A stretch of 64,000 nt of DNA, taken from positions 7,172,312 through 7,236,311 of the forward strand of contig JAHRHZ010000125.1 of the NCBI GenBank assembly GCA_024137785.1. The letters are read 5' to 3'. The position numbers and the translations under genes were made by a program. Below, one piece after another: positions 27,685 to 39,934 of this stretch (position 1 is its first letter; each line of letters starts with the position of its first letter). The notes under the pieces are model-generated. The model did no database searches and was not told where the DNA came from. It saw only the letters and a program-made list of their open reading frames with translations. The DNA comes from Ginglymostoma cirratum (lineage: Eukaryota).

Positions 27685-30600
27685 CTAAAACACCGGATGT
27701 TAAGAATGAGCATAATGTGGAAAGAGAACTGATTCTAGCATGTCTAATGCTACTCTTTACCAATTGTATAGTCAGTAACAAAGTGAGCTGGCATTCATTT
27801 TCAACATGGATAGGGACTACTGAATAACTAATGTAAGGTTAATCTCAGTGTCATGTTATTTTGATCTAGTGACTTTTGGAATAAGAAGCATCTAAAATGT
27901 ACTTTGCTTAGTTTTTATTTTCGGTCCTTTTTCATATAAATGAGCGTGCTAGGAAGTAATAATCATTCGTATTGAGATTTTCATCAAAACTGGTTAATGC
28001 TGGGGTGATAGAGATCAGAATTACTGATTCTCTCATTATTTATTGCTTTAAAGGAATTAACTTCAACTGAAATTGCAATCAATATCCAAAATTCAATAAA
28101 TGAAGGTGGGGTGCTGGAGCTAAATGACATGCTGATAAACTGAAATTTGAGACAAATTGCTGCTGAGAAACATCTTGTAAAGCTCTTTGCAATTAATTAA
28201 TATCCCAAAAGTTTATAATATAGACTTACTGGTTTCGCTCCACATTCCACAAGGATTTGAAGCATTTCTGAACTTTGGTAAACTAACACAAATTTAATAT
28301 TTTCATGACAAACATCATATCATACACAATATCAATTATAAAACAACAAATGGACCAGAGTAACTTACAGAAAGGAGATTCAGAGTCAAAATACAAAAGA
28401 AAACTTTGAATTAACTTTCTTACTGTTCTGCAAATCTCCCACCTTTTCACTATTGTATCCGAATGAACTGTTTATATAATGCATTTGTGCTGAATTTCTT
28501 TTAAATGTGTACATAAAATAATTACCTGCAGGAACTTGGGCTTGATATTTTGTCTTTTGATTGTATTTTTTTGTACATATTTTGGCCTGATGTCTGATGG
28601 CCCCTTTAAGTAGGGAACAAAAGCAAGTAGCCTCAAAAATACTGTTCCCAGATGGCATGTCAATTGCAAAGCACCAGTCAGTCAATGTGTTGGCAATAAT
28701 CACTGTGGGAGGACAGCGAGCCAAGAATGCTGATCTTCTCCCAATTGTGTTCAATTGAACCTTCTAAAAGTTCATTTTAAGCCTGTGAAGGGCCATAGTC
28801 CTAATTTTTAAAGTGGCGAATAGTTGATCCTTCAGAAAGTCACCAGCTGGAGATATGTGGGTACAGAATGAGGAGATGGTAATGGCTCTGGTCCCATAAG
28901 GAGGTCAGTAAGAAAAAAGAGGGCTATGCAGTTCTGAAGGGGGTGCCCTTAGCACTAAACAAGTAGCACAATGAGTGCCTGGTCTTTTAACAGACTCTGC
29001 TAGTCGTGGGCCCACATTTCTCTTGGCTAATCTTTGCCCTTTTTTAAACATATCTATAAAAGCTTCTACAGTTGAGTTTTATGTTTCTTGCTAGCTTACT
29101 TTAAGATTGTATTTTCTTTTTCTTTATCAGCTTATATTTCTCCTTTGTTGAATTCTAAGATACTCACAATCCTCAGTTATATTACATTCTATGGCAATTT
29201 TATAAGTTCTCTGCCTTGATCTAACACAACACGGAATATGACAGTACAGCGCAGAAACAGACCCTTCAGCCTACCATGTGTGCGCTGACCATGATGCCAT
29301 GCTAAACTAATTCCATCTGCCTACACATGGTTCCTATCCCTCTATAACTGCCTGTTTATGTGTCTGTCTGAATGCCTCTTAAACATTGCTACCGTACATG
29401 CTTCCGCCACCTCTCCCTTTAGCTACGGCTGCTAGGTTTCTGTGCCTCAAGAAGGAATCAAAAATGTGTTACAGTGTATTAATTCTTTAAAGGATAGCCA
29501 ATGCCAGCTTATTATCATACCTTTTAATGCAATTTCCAAGTAACCAAAGTGAGTTTGTACCTCACAGCTTCACATTTTCCTTTGTTCAGATTTAAGACAT
29601 GCTTTTAATATAAATTCAAGGCTTTAACCTGAAATTAAAGTTAGTTTCACATTGGAAGTATGTTTCTGACTCCAAAATAAAACCTCTTTCTAAACTCGAT
29701 GGTAGAAATTCGATTTTTGTCTTCAGTAAGAATATGAATCCTGGGTCATGTATTTGAACAAGGACTATTTCTTAAGAAAGTGACAAAACTGCTAGGATTT
29801 ACTGAAATCGAACAGTGCAGCAATGCTATAATACATTGACACAGTAAAACAACAAATGCTAAAGGAATCATCAGTAATTCGTTCACATTCATCTCTGCTT
29901 GAAATTTAGCTATCAATGTCTTGACAGCCTTGTGTGGTAACAACATTGACTGTGTTTTTGCTGGTTCTGCAATAGTGATTCTGTTAATGTACTTGCTACT
30001 CAAAAACATGTTACAGACCAAAGGAAGAGGAGCTGAAAGATCTGATCATCAAATAGTAGTGCGGATAAAATTGCCCACTAGCTGGTAAACAGAGAGCTCC
30101 TAGTTTAACATCTTCCCTTACATGGAGATCAATCACAGAACATGGTGGTACATGGCATCAGATGTGCAAAGACAGCTCAAAGGGGTAAAACAACCAAGAA
30201 TAACACACACAGTGCAGATGGTTAAAAAAATACAAATTAAGCAACGGCGTGAGAACAGTAATAAAATGAGCTGTAACAGTAATTAGAAAAATAACAGCAA
30301 AAGAAATTATAACATTTTCCAAATGATTCCATGGATCAGCAACTACAAAATAATGGGAGGAACATCAAGAGATTAAAAAAAAGTAAAAAGTGAAAAGGGA
30401 ATGAATGGGCAGAACAATCAAATTGATTGTATTACTATCAATGCACATATTAAATATTTTACAATGTTCTCCTCTATCCTGACTATAGTTTCCTCATCTA
30501 TATTAAAAAACTCACATGTTGTATTAGAAATGAGGGAAAGTAATGTAAATCACAGGACAGAAATGAGGAACAGGAAGAAACAATTAAACCACACTGTTTA

Positions 30601-31220
30601 TAAATAGTCAAGACACTAGATTTAACTTGTATTCTGGGATTTAAAAAGTTAAGTCTTATTCAGACCCAGGACTTAACCATTTTAAATCTTATCAGGATCC
30701 TCGCCTATCAATAGGTAACAAGACACGAGAAGTTCAGCACACTTGTATTACATCTTTCTAATCAAACTTCTTTCAATTTCCATTTCACTTTGTTACAGAC
30801 TACAATTTAATACACAGTTCAACAAGGGTAGGAAAATATGATTTAGTGGACATTGTAAGATGTCCACTAGCACATGAGGAATTAACATAAGGAATGAACG
30901 GGGAGGAAAGCAACAAAGGAAGTTCCTTACTACATTGAGCACATGCATTCCCAGCTACGACAATACTCATGACATAAAGCCACAGAACATCACAGTTTGT
31001 CTCGAGCAAAGGTGATCTATATATAGATAATATATATAAATGAATATTTTATATATATTATACATCATATAAACACAGAAAGGGTAATATTTAGACACAT
31101 AAGGGACAATGGAAAAGGGTTAAAAAAATTAAATGTAAAGAATGTTGGAGAGGATTGCAGGGAATATGCATGGTGGCATCCAATGAATTCTTCTCTGAAC
31201 ATTTTGTGTTTCTCTCCTAC

Positions 31221-31319
31221 CCAAGGAATTTGGTTCCTGAAGGCCCAAGCTGCAGGATTCGGCTAACCAAGCTTTCTCCCTCATTTAGCGGGGGAGGAGA
31301 GTTAGGAAGGTGTAGTTTA
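31221..31319 (-). CDS. ANK2: ANK2 99-nt cassette exon: KLHLPNSPPPLNEGESLVSRILQLGPSGTKFL(G)
   Basis: Manual translation; actcag acceptor, gtagga donor; phase 2-2. Confidence 0.95.
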
Positions 31320-32740
31320 CTGAGTAAATCCAAAGCAGCAGTAGAAGAGAGATGAAAAAAAAGTATAAAACCAACAAACATTTAGTCTTTGTCTTGGTTG
31401 CAGATTTTTTTTGTTATTCAAACCTATATTGCTTGCCTATCATGAAATCTACAAGCAATCAATACTTTTTTTTAAAAAGTATGCTGGAACGCTTGACAAA
31501 TTATTAGGAATTTTACAAGGGTGCAATGAAGACTTCTATTAGTGATATTAGTGATTGAGAAGGAGCATAATTAATTGCCAATGTTCTAGATAGTATACTT
31601 TACAAGTTAAAAATTGCTGATTGAAAATTGATTCTGTAATGTGTCTTTTACACTGCTAAAGTTAATAAGTTAATCGTAGTAACAGAACTTGATAGTTCAA
31701 AAGATGTTTCATACCGGTTAATTAAAAGGTTAATTTGCCAAAAGGAAACTGGAGATGGCGGCATAAGGTAGATAGGTGGAGAATGGAAAGGTAGGGAGTG
31801 AGGGTGGCGAAGAAGCACATATGTAAGTACTATGCGATGTATGCAAATAACACATACTATCTTTTTCCCCTACCTGGATGCCAGTGCAGATATCTGTATT
31901 AGTACAGATCTGTACAAATACATATCTGTAATGTTAATACTTAATAGGGTTTTGCATTCATCGTCCATCTACCGCTCCTTAGCTTCAGCAAGATTAGACA
32001 ATCAATTGGTCTACACATTTACTGGCTGGTATCTCATTGACTTTATTGGACATTATTAAATTGATTATTGATCTTGAGATATCAGTTTAATGTTGAGTAA
32101 AAGTCATAATTCTACAATACTGATTAACCATCCAAATAAAATCCACACAAGATAATCCAAAACTTTATGTACAATTCAAATCCCATTCATTGCAGTGGAA
32201 AGAGAAAGGACTAAGGTTATGATATGTCAATGGATAAGTAGGGTTGATTAATCAAAACAGAATGCCTTGTGGAACATAATGGAGACGCCCCGTTCCCTAG
32301 ATTCTTATCTTCTTATTTAGCACATACCTAACATAACAAACTGGAGAAAATATTGCAAATTATAATTTGAGACTGTACCATTGAGTATTATTCCTTTGGT
32401 TCTTGTTCCATAGTGGCTGGTTAATGATTAGTGATTGTACTCTAGTGATGAGCAAAGACAAAGCTTGCTGTGGATCTTTTTGAAGCATTTTGATTACATT
32501 GTGTTGGAAATGAAACATATTACAGTATTTTACAATGTTAGAGATGCAACATTTCCATTTCACAATTAACACTAAAACCCATCCTGCTTAAATTTTTCAT
32601 TTTTTTGTAAATTATGGTTAGACATTACCGTCTGTTACTATACAACACTGCTCAGCAATGTAGATTCACAAGTTCTTCAGTGATTGTATATGAGCATGCT
32701 GACTTTGTCCAAAGAATCATTTATTGACAAAGTAATCTTT

Positions 32741-32868
32741 GGAAGGGTCACCGGACCCGAAACGTTAACTCTGATTTTTTTCTTCACAGATGCTGCCAGA
32801 CTTGTTGAGCTTTTCCAGCAACTTCTGTTTTTGCTCCTGATTTACAGCATCCGCAGTTCTTTCGGTTT
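32741..32868 (+). mobile_element. Short PLE-type terminal-repeat insertion (family B) with partial hammerhead
   Basis: GGAAGGGTCACCGGACCC-GAAA-CGTTAAC; TAATCTTT at 32733-32740 and 32869-32876. Confidence 0.8.
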
Positions 32869-33030
32869 TAATCTTTTGCCTTTTTCATTGCTGTTTTTAG
32901 AATATGTTTTTAGATTTAGCAAAATTAACAGGATATAATGCTGTCTTTGGACTGATAATGACTGTATTTTAGATCGATCCGAAAATAGATGTTGGATTTG
33001 TTTGTCAGATTTGCATGTTTTGGAACTTAC

Positions 33031-33255
33031 CCAAGGAACTGGGCACCTGATGGTCCAACTTCAATTAGCCGACTGGCATGGCCCTCTCCTTCCACCATAG
33101 GAGGCATTGTGGCCAGTCGGTGACGTTTGACCAGGCGGCACGTCACACGTGTTGGGGCTGTACACTTCCGAGGGGGAATAATAATTCGCAGCCCATTATG
33201 GCGGCAGCCCCGCATGGATCCACCACGTGCATCCACCATGAAACTAACCAGGAAA
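33031..33255 (-). CDS. ANK2: ANK2 exon, 225 nt, ZU5-N: [74 protein letters not shown](G)
   Basis: ORF 33027..33326; ttgcag acceptor, gtaagt donor. Confidence 0.98.
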
Positions 33256-34681
33256 CTGCAAGTAAATACAAAGTTTTTATTATCCGCTTTATTCTTCCAA
33301 TGGAGTGTTATTTTTGACTGGAGCAATGGAGTGGTGGCTGTTCATTCACACAAACCAGAACAGAAATTGTGAAAGGGAACAATTACTCAGCCTGAGAGCA
33401 CATGGAACGTTATTTTTATACAAATTTACCTCTGCTTAAAATCCACAGCCTCTCAACTCCTTCTCCAGCTTAAATGTCATGTATCTAATACAGTCATATA
33501 TCTGATTAAATTAAGACACAATTCACACTAATATTTTTCATTCAACAAAGCTGTTTTGGATTCATGCACTCTGAAGACTAAACTTTGAGAGCAATCAATC
33601 TAATCAACAGTCTCCAAAAAGTACCTTTAACAGGACATCTTATAACAAATGGAAGCTTCAGCCAACTGTATTCTGGACAGAGACCAGGGGTAGGTCTGGC
33701 ATTTCCAGTTAAGCAAGTCTATATTTCTGATTGATCACACTGATGACATATTGCTCATTAAAGATGAACAAAAAGTTACAACTGCATTTTACACCTCCAA
33801 CATAATATAACAGGTGGATGAGGTCTCAGCCAATCTGTCTACACTTAGGTCTATTAAGGCTTTGAGTTGCCATTTAGAGGGCACCTAAGGCCCCTTCACA
33901 CCTACCCCACCATTATACAGTTGGTAAGGTAAGGCAAAAGTAAGGTTGCTTACTCCCTACTTTACCAATTAAGGATGACAGCAAGAGAGAAATCATTAGA
34001 GTCAACTATACCAATATGGTACATCCCCTTTGTACCCCCTGCCTTGGTGTCTAAAAATGAACTCTCTGCAACAGTCTTCTCCCTAGGATGCTTGATCCTC
34101 TCTGACCAAAACCCTGATCCAATCTTTCATGAAAATTCTTGCGGATAATCTTCATGGAACATGTAGTCCCAGCAACGGCCACTACAGCATTTTGGCGCTG
34201 CTGGGAGCACTTGACTGCCAGTCAATCAGATTGGTTAGGAGCTCTCCAGGGCAAGCCTAACTGTCAACGAAGGGCAGGAAGTCCACTCTCAATCTGTGAA
34301 GGCTACTGCTCACGTATTATCAAATCTGCAAAAGCTGCGGCGACCATTTCTGCTGGAGTCTGGCGACTAAAGTCATTCCCCACCATCATTGCGTAGTTCA
34401 TCCCCTAGAAGCTGTGTGGTATGGGGTATATTCATTATCAGAAAGAGGGAGACTACAAATTTTATAATGAATCGAGCTATTTGTTTAGTACAAATACCTG
34501 TTTAATGTATATTTAACTGTATCATGTAAATTTATTTGAAACTTAAATTAGCATTAAAACACAGTCACCATGACCGTGGCTAAATAGCAGCTTCTATTTG
34601 ACAACATTGGAAAAAATAAGAGAGTTACCTTTTGCGTACGAACAACATAAGACAGAATTTATGGTCAGAATCAATTCTTAC

Positions 34682-34714
34682 CTCATTGCCTTATGCCCAG
34701 GAGGATTTTATAAA
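34682..34714 (-). other. ANK2: Candidate alternative first exon (or poison exon) ending ATG AG|gtaaga
   Basis: Strong donor; ATG AG plus T TTC CTG of the next exon reads [14 protein letters not shown]. Confidence 0.45.
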
Positions 34715-36259
34715 CTTAAAAAAAATAAGCAACCAAACAAAGTGAGTTCCTTTCCGCTGATTACTGTACCTCCATAAAACAAACAACCGGCTCTGCATAT
34801 GTTCTGTCAGTCACTTTTGGGCATTTAAAACCGAGCTACTCATTGGGAGTAGCTGACACAATGTCCTGAATCTTTGCTCCTGGGTCGAGTGTGAAAAGTT
34901 GGGGCATCTTTTGGTTCCGCAAAGCTGACCCACAAAGAATTGCCCCAGAAGGTCAAATTTTTATTCCTGAGTAGTAAGACATCCTGGAATTTTGGCTGGA
35001 AAAGCCCAGAACAAGAGTGGAAGATGCCAGGTTCAGAGGCAAGCTGACTGGGAGGATTGCCTTCATGCACTGGAGCTGTATTGAACTTGAAATTTTAAAG
35101 AATAAATCTTCCCTTCAACCTTAAGCTTCCCTCCACAGACCAACATGGCTCCTCGTGCTAAAGTGTATCAAAGTGCACAAAACACCCCTTTACAACCTGC
35201 CAGACCAATCAAAGCTCCACACCTAGATCCCCATGGCTTTTTAAATCCCATAAATCAATTTATTGCTAATCATGTCCCATCTGCCACCCTTCACCCTTAC
35301 ACCTGCCAATCCAACTCATCTAGTAGCTGCCATGGGAAGACCTTAGGATCCATGCAGAGATAGGACTAATAAAGTCCTATAAAAATAAATTTGGTGTCCA
35401 AGTGAGGGGGGCAGTTACATTCAGGTGCGACTGACTCCTCATCTCCACCAATGAAAAATTCATCATGCCACTTAAGAGGTTATTGGTGAATCATAACCCT
35501 CGGTAGAGGAGGCCTGCATCAGCAGAAGGTGATGGACAGAGGCCAACAGCTTCTGGGTCCTACAGATCAACTTCACTGAGGCCCAGGCTTCAGGGATTCA
35601 GCAGCAAAAAAGGAGGTTTTCACCTTTTGGGTCTCACAGGACAAGAGTCATGGGGAGAGGAAGTTCGGAAGCAAAGGCATGGAATTGGTCTTCAGTGGTC
35701 AATCTCCTGTTCCAGCCCTGGCCCCAGTTGGCTCCACTTGGGGTGATAATAAAGCTCCCTTCAACAACCCAGCAAACAGAACACCCAGCTTTCTCAGTCG
35801 AGAAACTAACCACTTTTCTCATCTGCTGGGCAAGTAGGTTATCAAGCATTTTGATGAGTTGAGTCACTTTACTGCTCATTAATAGATCAATTAAGGGATT
35901 TAATTGGTGGTGAATCAAGCAGATCACCAATGTATCTTCTCATCCAACACTTAGTCACTGCGACGCTGTCAAGGGGACATGTATTCCTCCAGGGCCATGT
36001 TGCCCCATTATCTGCCCTTCTCACTACCTCCAGTGATGGCATAATCATGTTAAAAGTGCAGATTTCGGGCTTCACTATATTGGAAATAACTCTGAAATTC
36101 TATTAACTTAATTTACATTCCCTAAATTAAATAAAGCCTTACTACAAAAAACTGCTTCTTGAACATCCTTTATAGCAACAAACACTGTAATTCATCGAAG
36201 TTGTGACACTTGACACTTATCGGTCTCTTTAACATGGCAACAATCTCAGAATAAGTGAC

Positions 36260-36515
36260 AGGCAAAACAAGGGGGCCTTTTTTCTCCCCCACTCTGCGGT
36301 GAACCTTTGGAATTATTCACCCTAAATGGCTGCTATGGCTGAGTCATTAAGTGTGTTTAATACAGAGATTGAGATATTTCTGTGTATTAAAATCATTGCA
36401 GGAGACAGGGGCAGTGGAGGAAAATGGTGTAGAAGTAAAAGATCAGCCATGATCTCAGTGAGTGGCATAGTGGGCTCAACTGGCTGAATGGCCTACTCCT
36501 GTTCCCACCTCTTAT
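36260..36515 (+). mobile_element. CR1 LINE 3' end fragment
   Basis: gtgaacctttggaattattc... and tggctgaatggcctactcctgttcc tail, same family as 23110-23395. Confidence 0.65.
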
Positions 36516-36950
36516 CTGCTTTGACCTCTTGACATTAACAGATCCTTGCAGCAGGTGCTTCTGGCAGTTTTGACATTTGATCTTGATAGGTTTGCTGGCA
36601 GGTCTCATGGGTCTAACAATATTGGGTTCATGCATTTTCTATACATAATCATGAATTTTTTTTTTTAACAATTCCAAAGGACACATTACCGCCCCAAAAG
36701 ATGTAGCATGAGCAGCTCCAATGGAATACTTTACTTCTCTGAGAGGATGGGGGACCCTGGTTATCTAAGTGAATCACAAAGTTCATACTTCCTCTTATCA
36801 GGTCTAATCTGCATACTACAGAGTCCAGGGCTACAACTTCTCCTGGTTCTGTGGAGGCAGCTGCTAATTTAAATAGCCAGCTGCCTCCATAATGTAGACA
36901 AAACACAGCTAGTCCCCCTTTTCTCACCCCCATGAAAATGGTAAATATCA

Positions 36951-37430
36951 CTGAGGTTGTTGACGTGCTTGTTGAGCCGGCTTGTTTTCGTTCAGACGTT
37001 TCGTCACCATGCTAGGTGACATCATCAGTGAGACCTCCGATGAAGCGATGTTATTCTACTCCGCTTGGAATTTATACTGTCCGGTCCATTATGGTGAGTA
37101 CTGTCATTTCTGGTATTTGTCTGTATGCATTTGTATATGGGGCCCAATTCTATACGTTTGTTTATTGCTTTACAGTGGAGAACAAACATATAGAATTGGA
37201 CCCCATATACAAATGCATACAGACCAAAACCGGAAATGACAATACTCACCATAACAGACCGGACAGTATAAATTCCAAGCGGAGTAGAATAACATCGCTT
37301 CATCGGAGGTCTCACTGATGATGTCACCTAGCATGGTGATAAAACGCCTGAACAAAAACAAGCCGGCCCAGCGAGCAAGTTAACAACTTCACCCACAACC
37401 AGAGCTACAAATCTTTGCGAAAACTTTAAA
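36951..37430. mobile_element. Fold-back (tail-to-tail inverted) Poseidon-type PLE terminal-repeat insertion, 11-bp TSD
   Basis: Arms 36952-~37169 and ~37174-37391 are reverse complements (mirror ORFs in the track); GGTAAATATCA at 36940-36950 and 37431-37441. Confidence 0.92.
36992..37031 (-). ncRNA. Minimal type I hammerhead ribozyme motif with intact core
   Basis: TCA-CTGATGA-T-GTCACC-TAGCAT-GGTGAC-GAAA-CGTC-TGA: 3-bp stem I, 6-bp stem II, palindromic ACGT stem III. Confidence 0.8.
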
Positions 37431-38769
37431 GGTAAATATCATTTTTTTGGGTGAGACTTTGGTTCCTGCTGTATTTTCATCCTGATGGCGTTGCTCTACA
37501 TTATGTCCAAGGCTTGGTTTTAAATTATTAAAAATGCTCATTTCCATGGGGAACCCATTTGTAACTGTATTAACGTAACCACATCAAGTTATCACTTGAC
37601 AAGAAAAGCACTTCTCAAAACATTTAATATTTTGACGGCAGTTTGTGGACAGATTACAGATTGTGTCCAAAGCTGAAACTGTGTCATATTTTGTCATTCT
37701 CAAGCAGACAGGTAACTTTTCCTTCGAAAAAAAATTAAACGTTACTACATAAAGCATTTTAGATAGTTGTCACAAATGAGAAAACAAGATTCAAAAAGGC
37801 AAAGTGTTAATATTGTTAAGAGGATATTCAAACTACAACAGGAGAAAAAAGAAAAATTTTTAAAAACAAAGCAAAATACTGCAGATGCTTGAAATTTGAA
37901 TGAATATTATTATTTCATTGCATAATAAGTATAATTCCAATCAACGATTTGTTCCCATTATAAAGTGATTTTATACAAGAAGTCCAGAGATGATACTCCA
38001 TCAAATCAAATTACCATTTCCCCCCCCCCCGCCATTTTAATTGAGTTGCTGCAATTTCAGTGCATAATAGAAATGAAACATTTATTTTTTTTATTATTAT
38101 TATCCTGGTTTGATTATTTATTTTCACAATTCCTTTATAAAAAGGAATTAAGAGTTACTTCTTTGAATATGTCAATAAGATTCCTGTTACCATTGTTCGG
38201 AAAGAATTCCAAACAATGTGATTCTCACCTCATGAATTTTTTGCATAAACAGTTTTACACCAGCAAAGGGAGTATGCATGAAAATGTTCACAGTGCACCA
38301 GTAATAATGTCAGTTATAGCCTTCTCATTCATCAAAGTGTCAGTTGAGTAAAAAAGAAAAACCACTTCAGTGCTCTGTATCATTGATGCCCTTTCGGGTG
38401 AAAATTATAGCTGCAGAATAACATTGGCTTTTGAAAAACACTTGTACTGCTACTGCAGCTGTGTAAAAATAGACAAAGTTGTTTATTCAGAATGGTCACT
38501 GAAAGGATGATGTGTGTCATGCTTCTTTCATTGACACTTAAAGACAGAACAAACATTTTAGTGTAAATTTCCATTAGTCAACAAAAACAAAAACACTAGT
38601 CCGAAAAACAAAACTACAATTTTAAAACCTGCATCTGTTTTTGGTGGTCAAGTTAATGCAAACATGCAAGGCAAGAGTGCACCAAGGCATTTGACCCAAG
38701 GTTAAAGGAGGGGTACAAAAACACGAGAAAACAAATAAAACCACACAAAGTCATGATGCAACTCTTCAC

Positions 38770-38802
38770 CTTGATTCGCTTTCAGGGACTGGAGAAGAAT
38801 AG
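38770..38802 (-). CDS. ANK2: Candidate 33-nt alternative exon, (G)YSSPVPESES(S)
   Basis: ctgcatattctgtttcag|CTATTCTTCTCCAGTCCCTGAAAGCGAATCAAG|gtgaag; phase 2-2; resembles the small SSP-containing cassette exons I recall at this junction in ANK2/ANK3. Confidence 0.75.
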
Positions 38803-39934
38803 CTGAAACAGAATATGCAGGGAAAGCAAGGAATTAGAAACCTAGCACAAGGTCAAATATGAAAGAAGCTAGATAATTGAACTATCGCAGTACACTGCCA
38901 GGAAACTGAGGGAAGCTGCTGCAGCAGAAGAAGAAGTTGCTCTTGGCTGCCCACCAGCTTCTGTGGTAAGACGAGGATTCATAAATGTCTTATGAGAAAA
39001 AAGGGAAAAGGTCTGATGCAAAGGAGGCTGCAATTCCCTTTGACATTCCAAAGGAACACTGCTGCTCCTCCTGGCCACAAGAGATATTTCCCAACTCACT
39101 TAGACTGCCTCTTCAACATTGCCACTGGTTGTTGACCTAATAAGGTTTTGCAGCAAAACTGCAATGACGTCCCCACTTGGGCCCTGGGTAAAATGTCAAA
39201 GTAGTCACATGTGCATCTTGCTTTAGTTGTATGCCTCATTTCCCTGCAAAACCCCTCGGATCGATATCAGGGGCAAGGGGATAGAGTTGACCATCCATCT
39301 AGGTAGATAACCTACCTGTCGTTCAACTGAGCACTTGCTGGAATTCTGCTGTGAGAACTGGCTTTAAAAAAAGATCCAGAAAGGTTCCCATATGGTTGGA
39401 AGGCTTTCTATGTTACTGATAGTGGGGCATGGTTTGGAAAAGTACCTTGAATCAGTAGAACTTGCTGTTCTTTCTTTTAAAAGGAGTAGTAATTGCTCAA
39501 GCAAAAGAGTAATAAGTTCACAATAGAAGAACAATCCACACGGACAAGTACTATTTGCAGAAATGGATCATCAGAACAATGTCAAACACAAATCTTAAAC
39601 ATCTAATTCAGAATTTGATTATTTCTATCTGTCCATCAGTGAAAGCAAGGGTGGAATCTTCCCAGGCACTGAATGACATGGGATTTAGTGAGAAGGTGAG
39701 GGAATTCACATGAGATGGCTACCAGTGAGCTGCTCGACCACAAAAGCAAGAAGTTCCACTTCCAGCCAAATGTTGAATGGTGAGATGGGATTCTCTCTCA
39801 TGCGCAGCAAAAGGCCTACGTGAACTCATTAGCATGCATTAACATCTTATGGTCCAAACTCACCTCATTGATACATAGTTTCCCTTTCTTCCCCCTGCTC
39901 ATTAGAAACTAGACAATTCCCGACATACAAGAGA

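Noticed and set aside
31015-31070. AT-rich (TA)n tract
   Set aside because: Ordinary degenerate microsatellite
36982-37361. Four mirror-image ORFs as novel genes
   Set aside because: Products of the palindromic PLE repeat; no coding signature
38440-38475. Acceptor-like tttttacacag followed by CSSST codons
   Set aside because: No phase-compatible donor found
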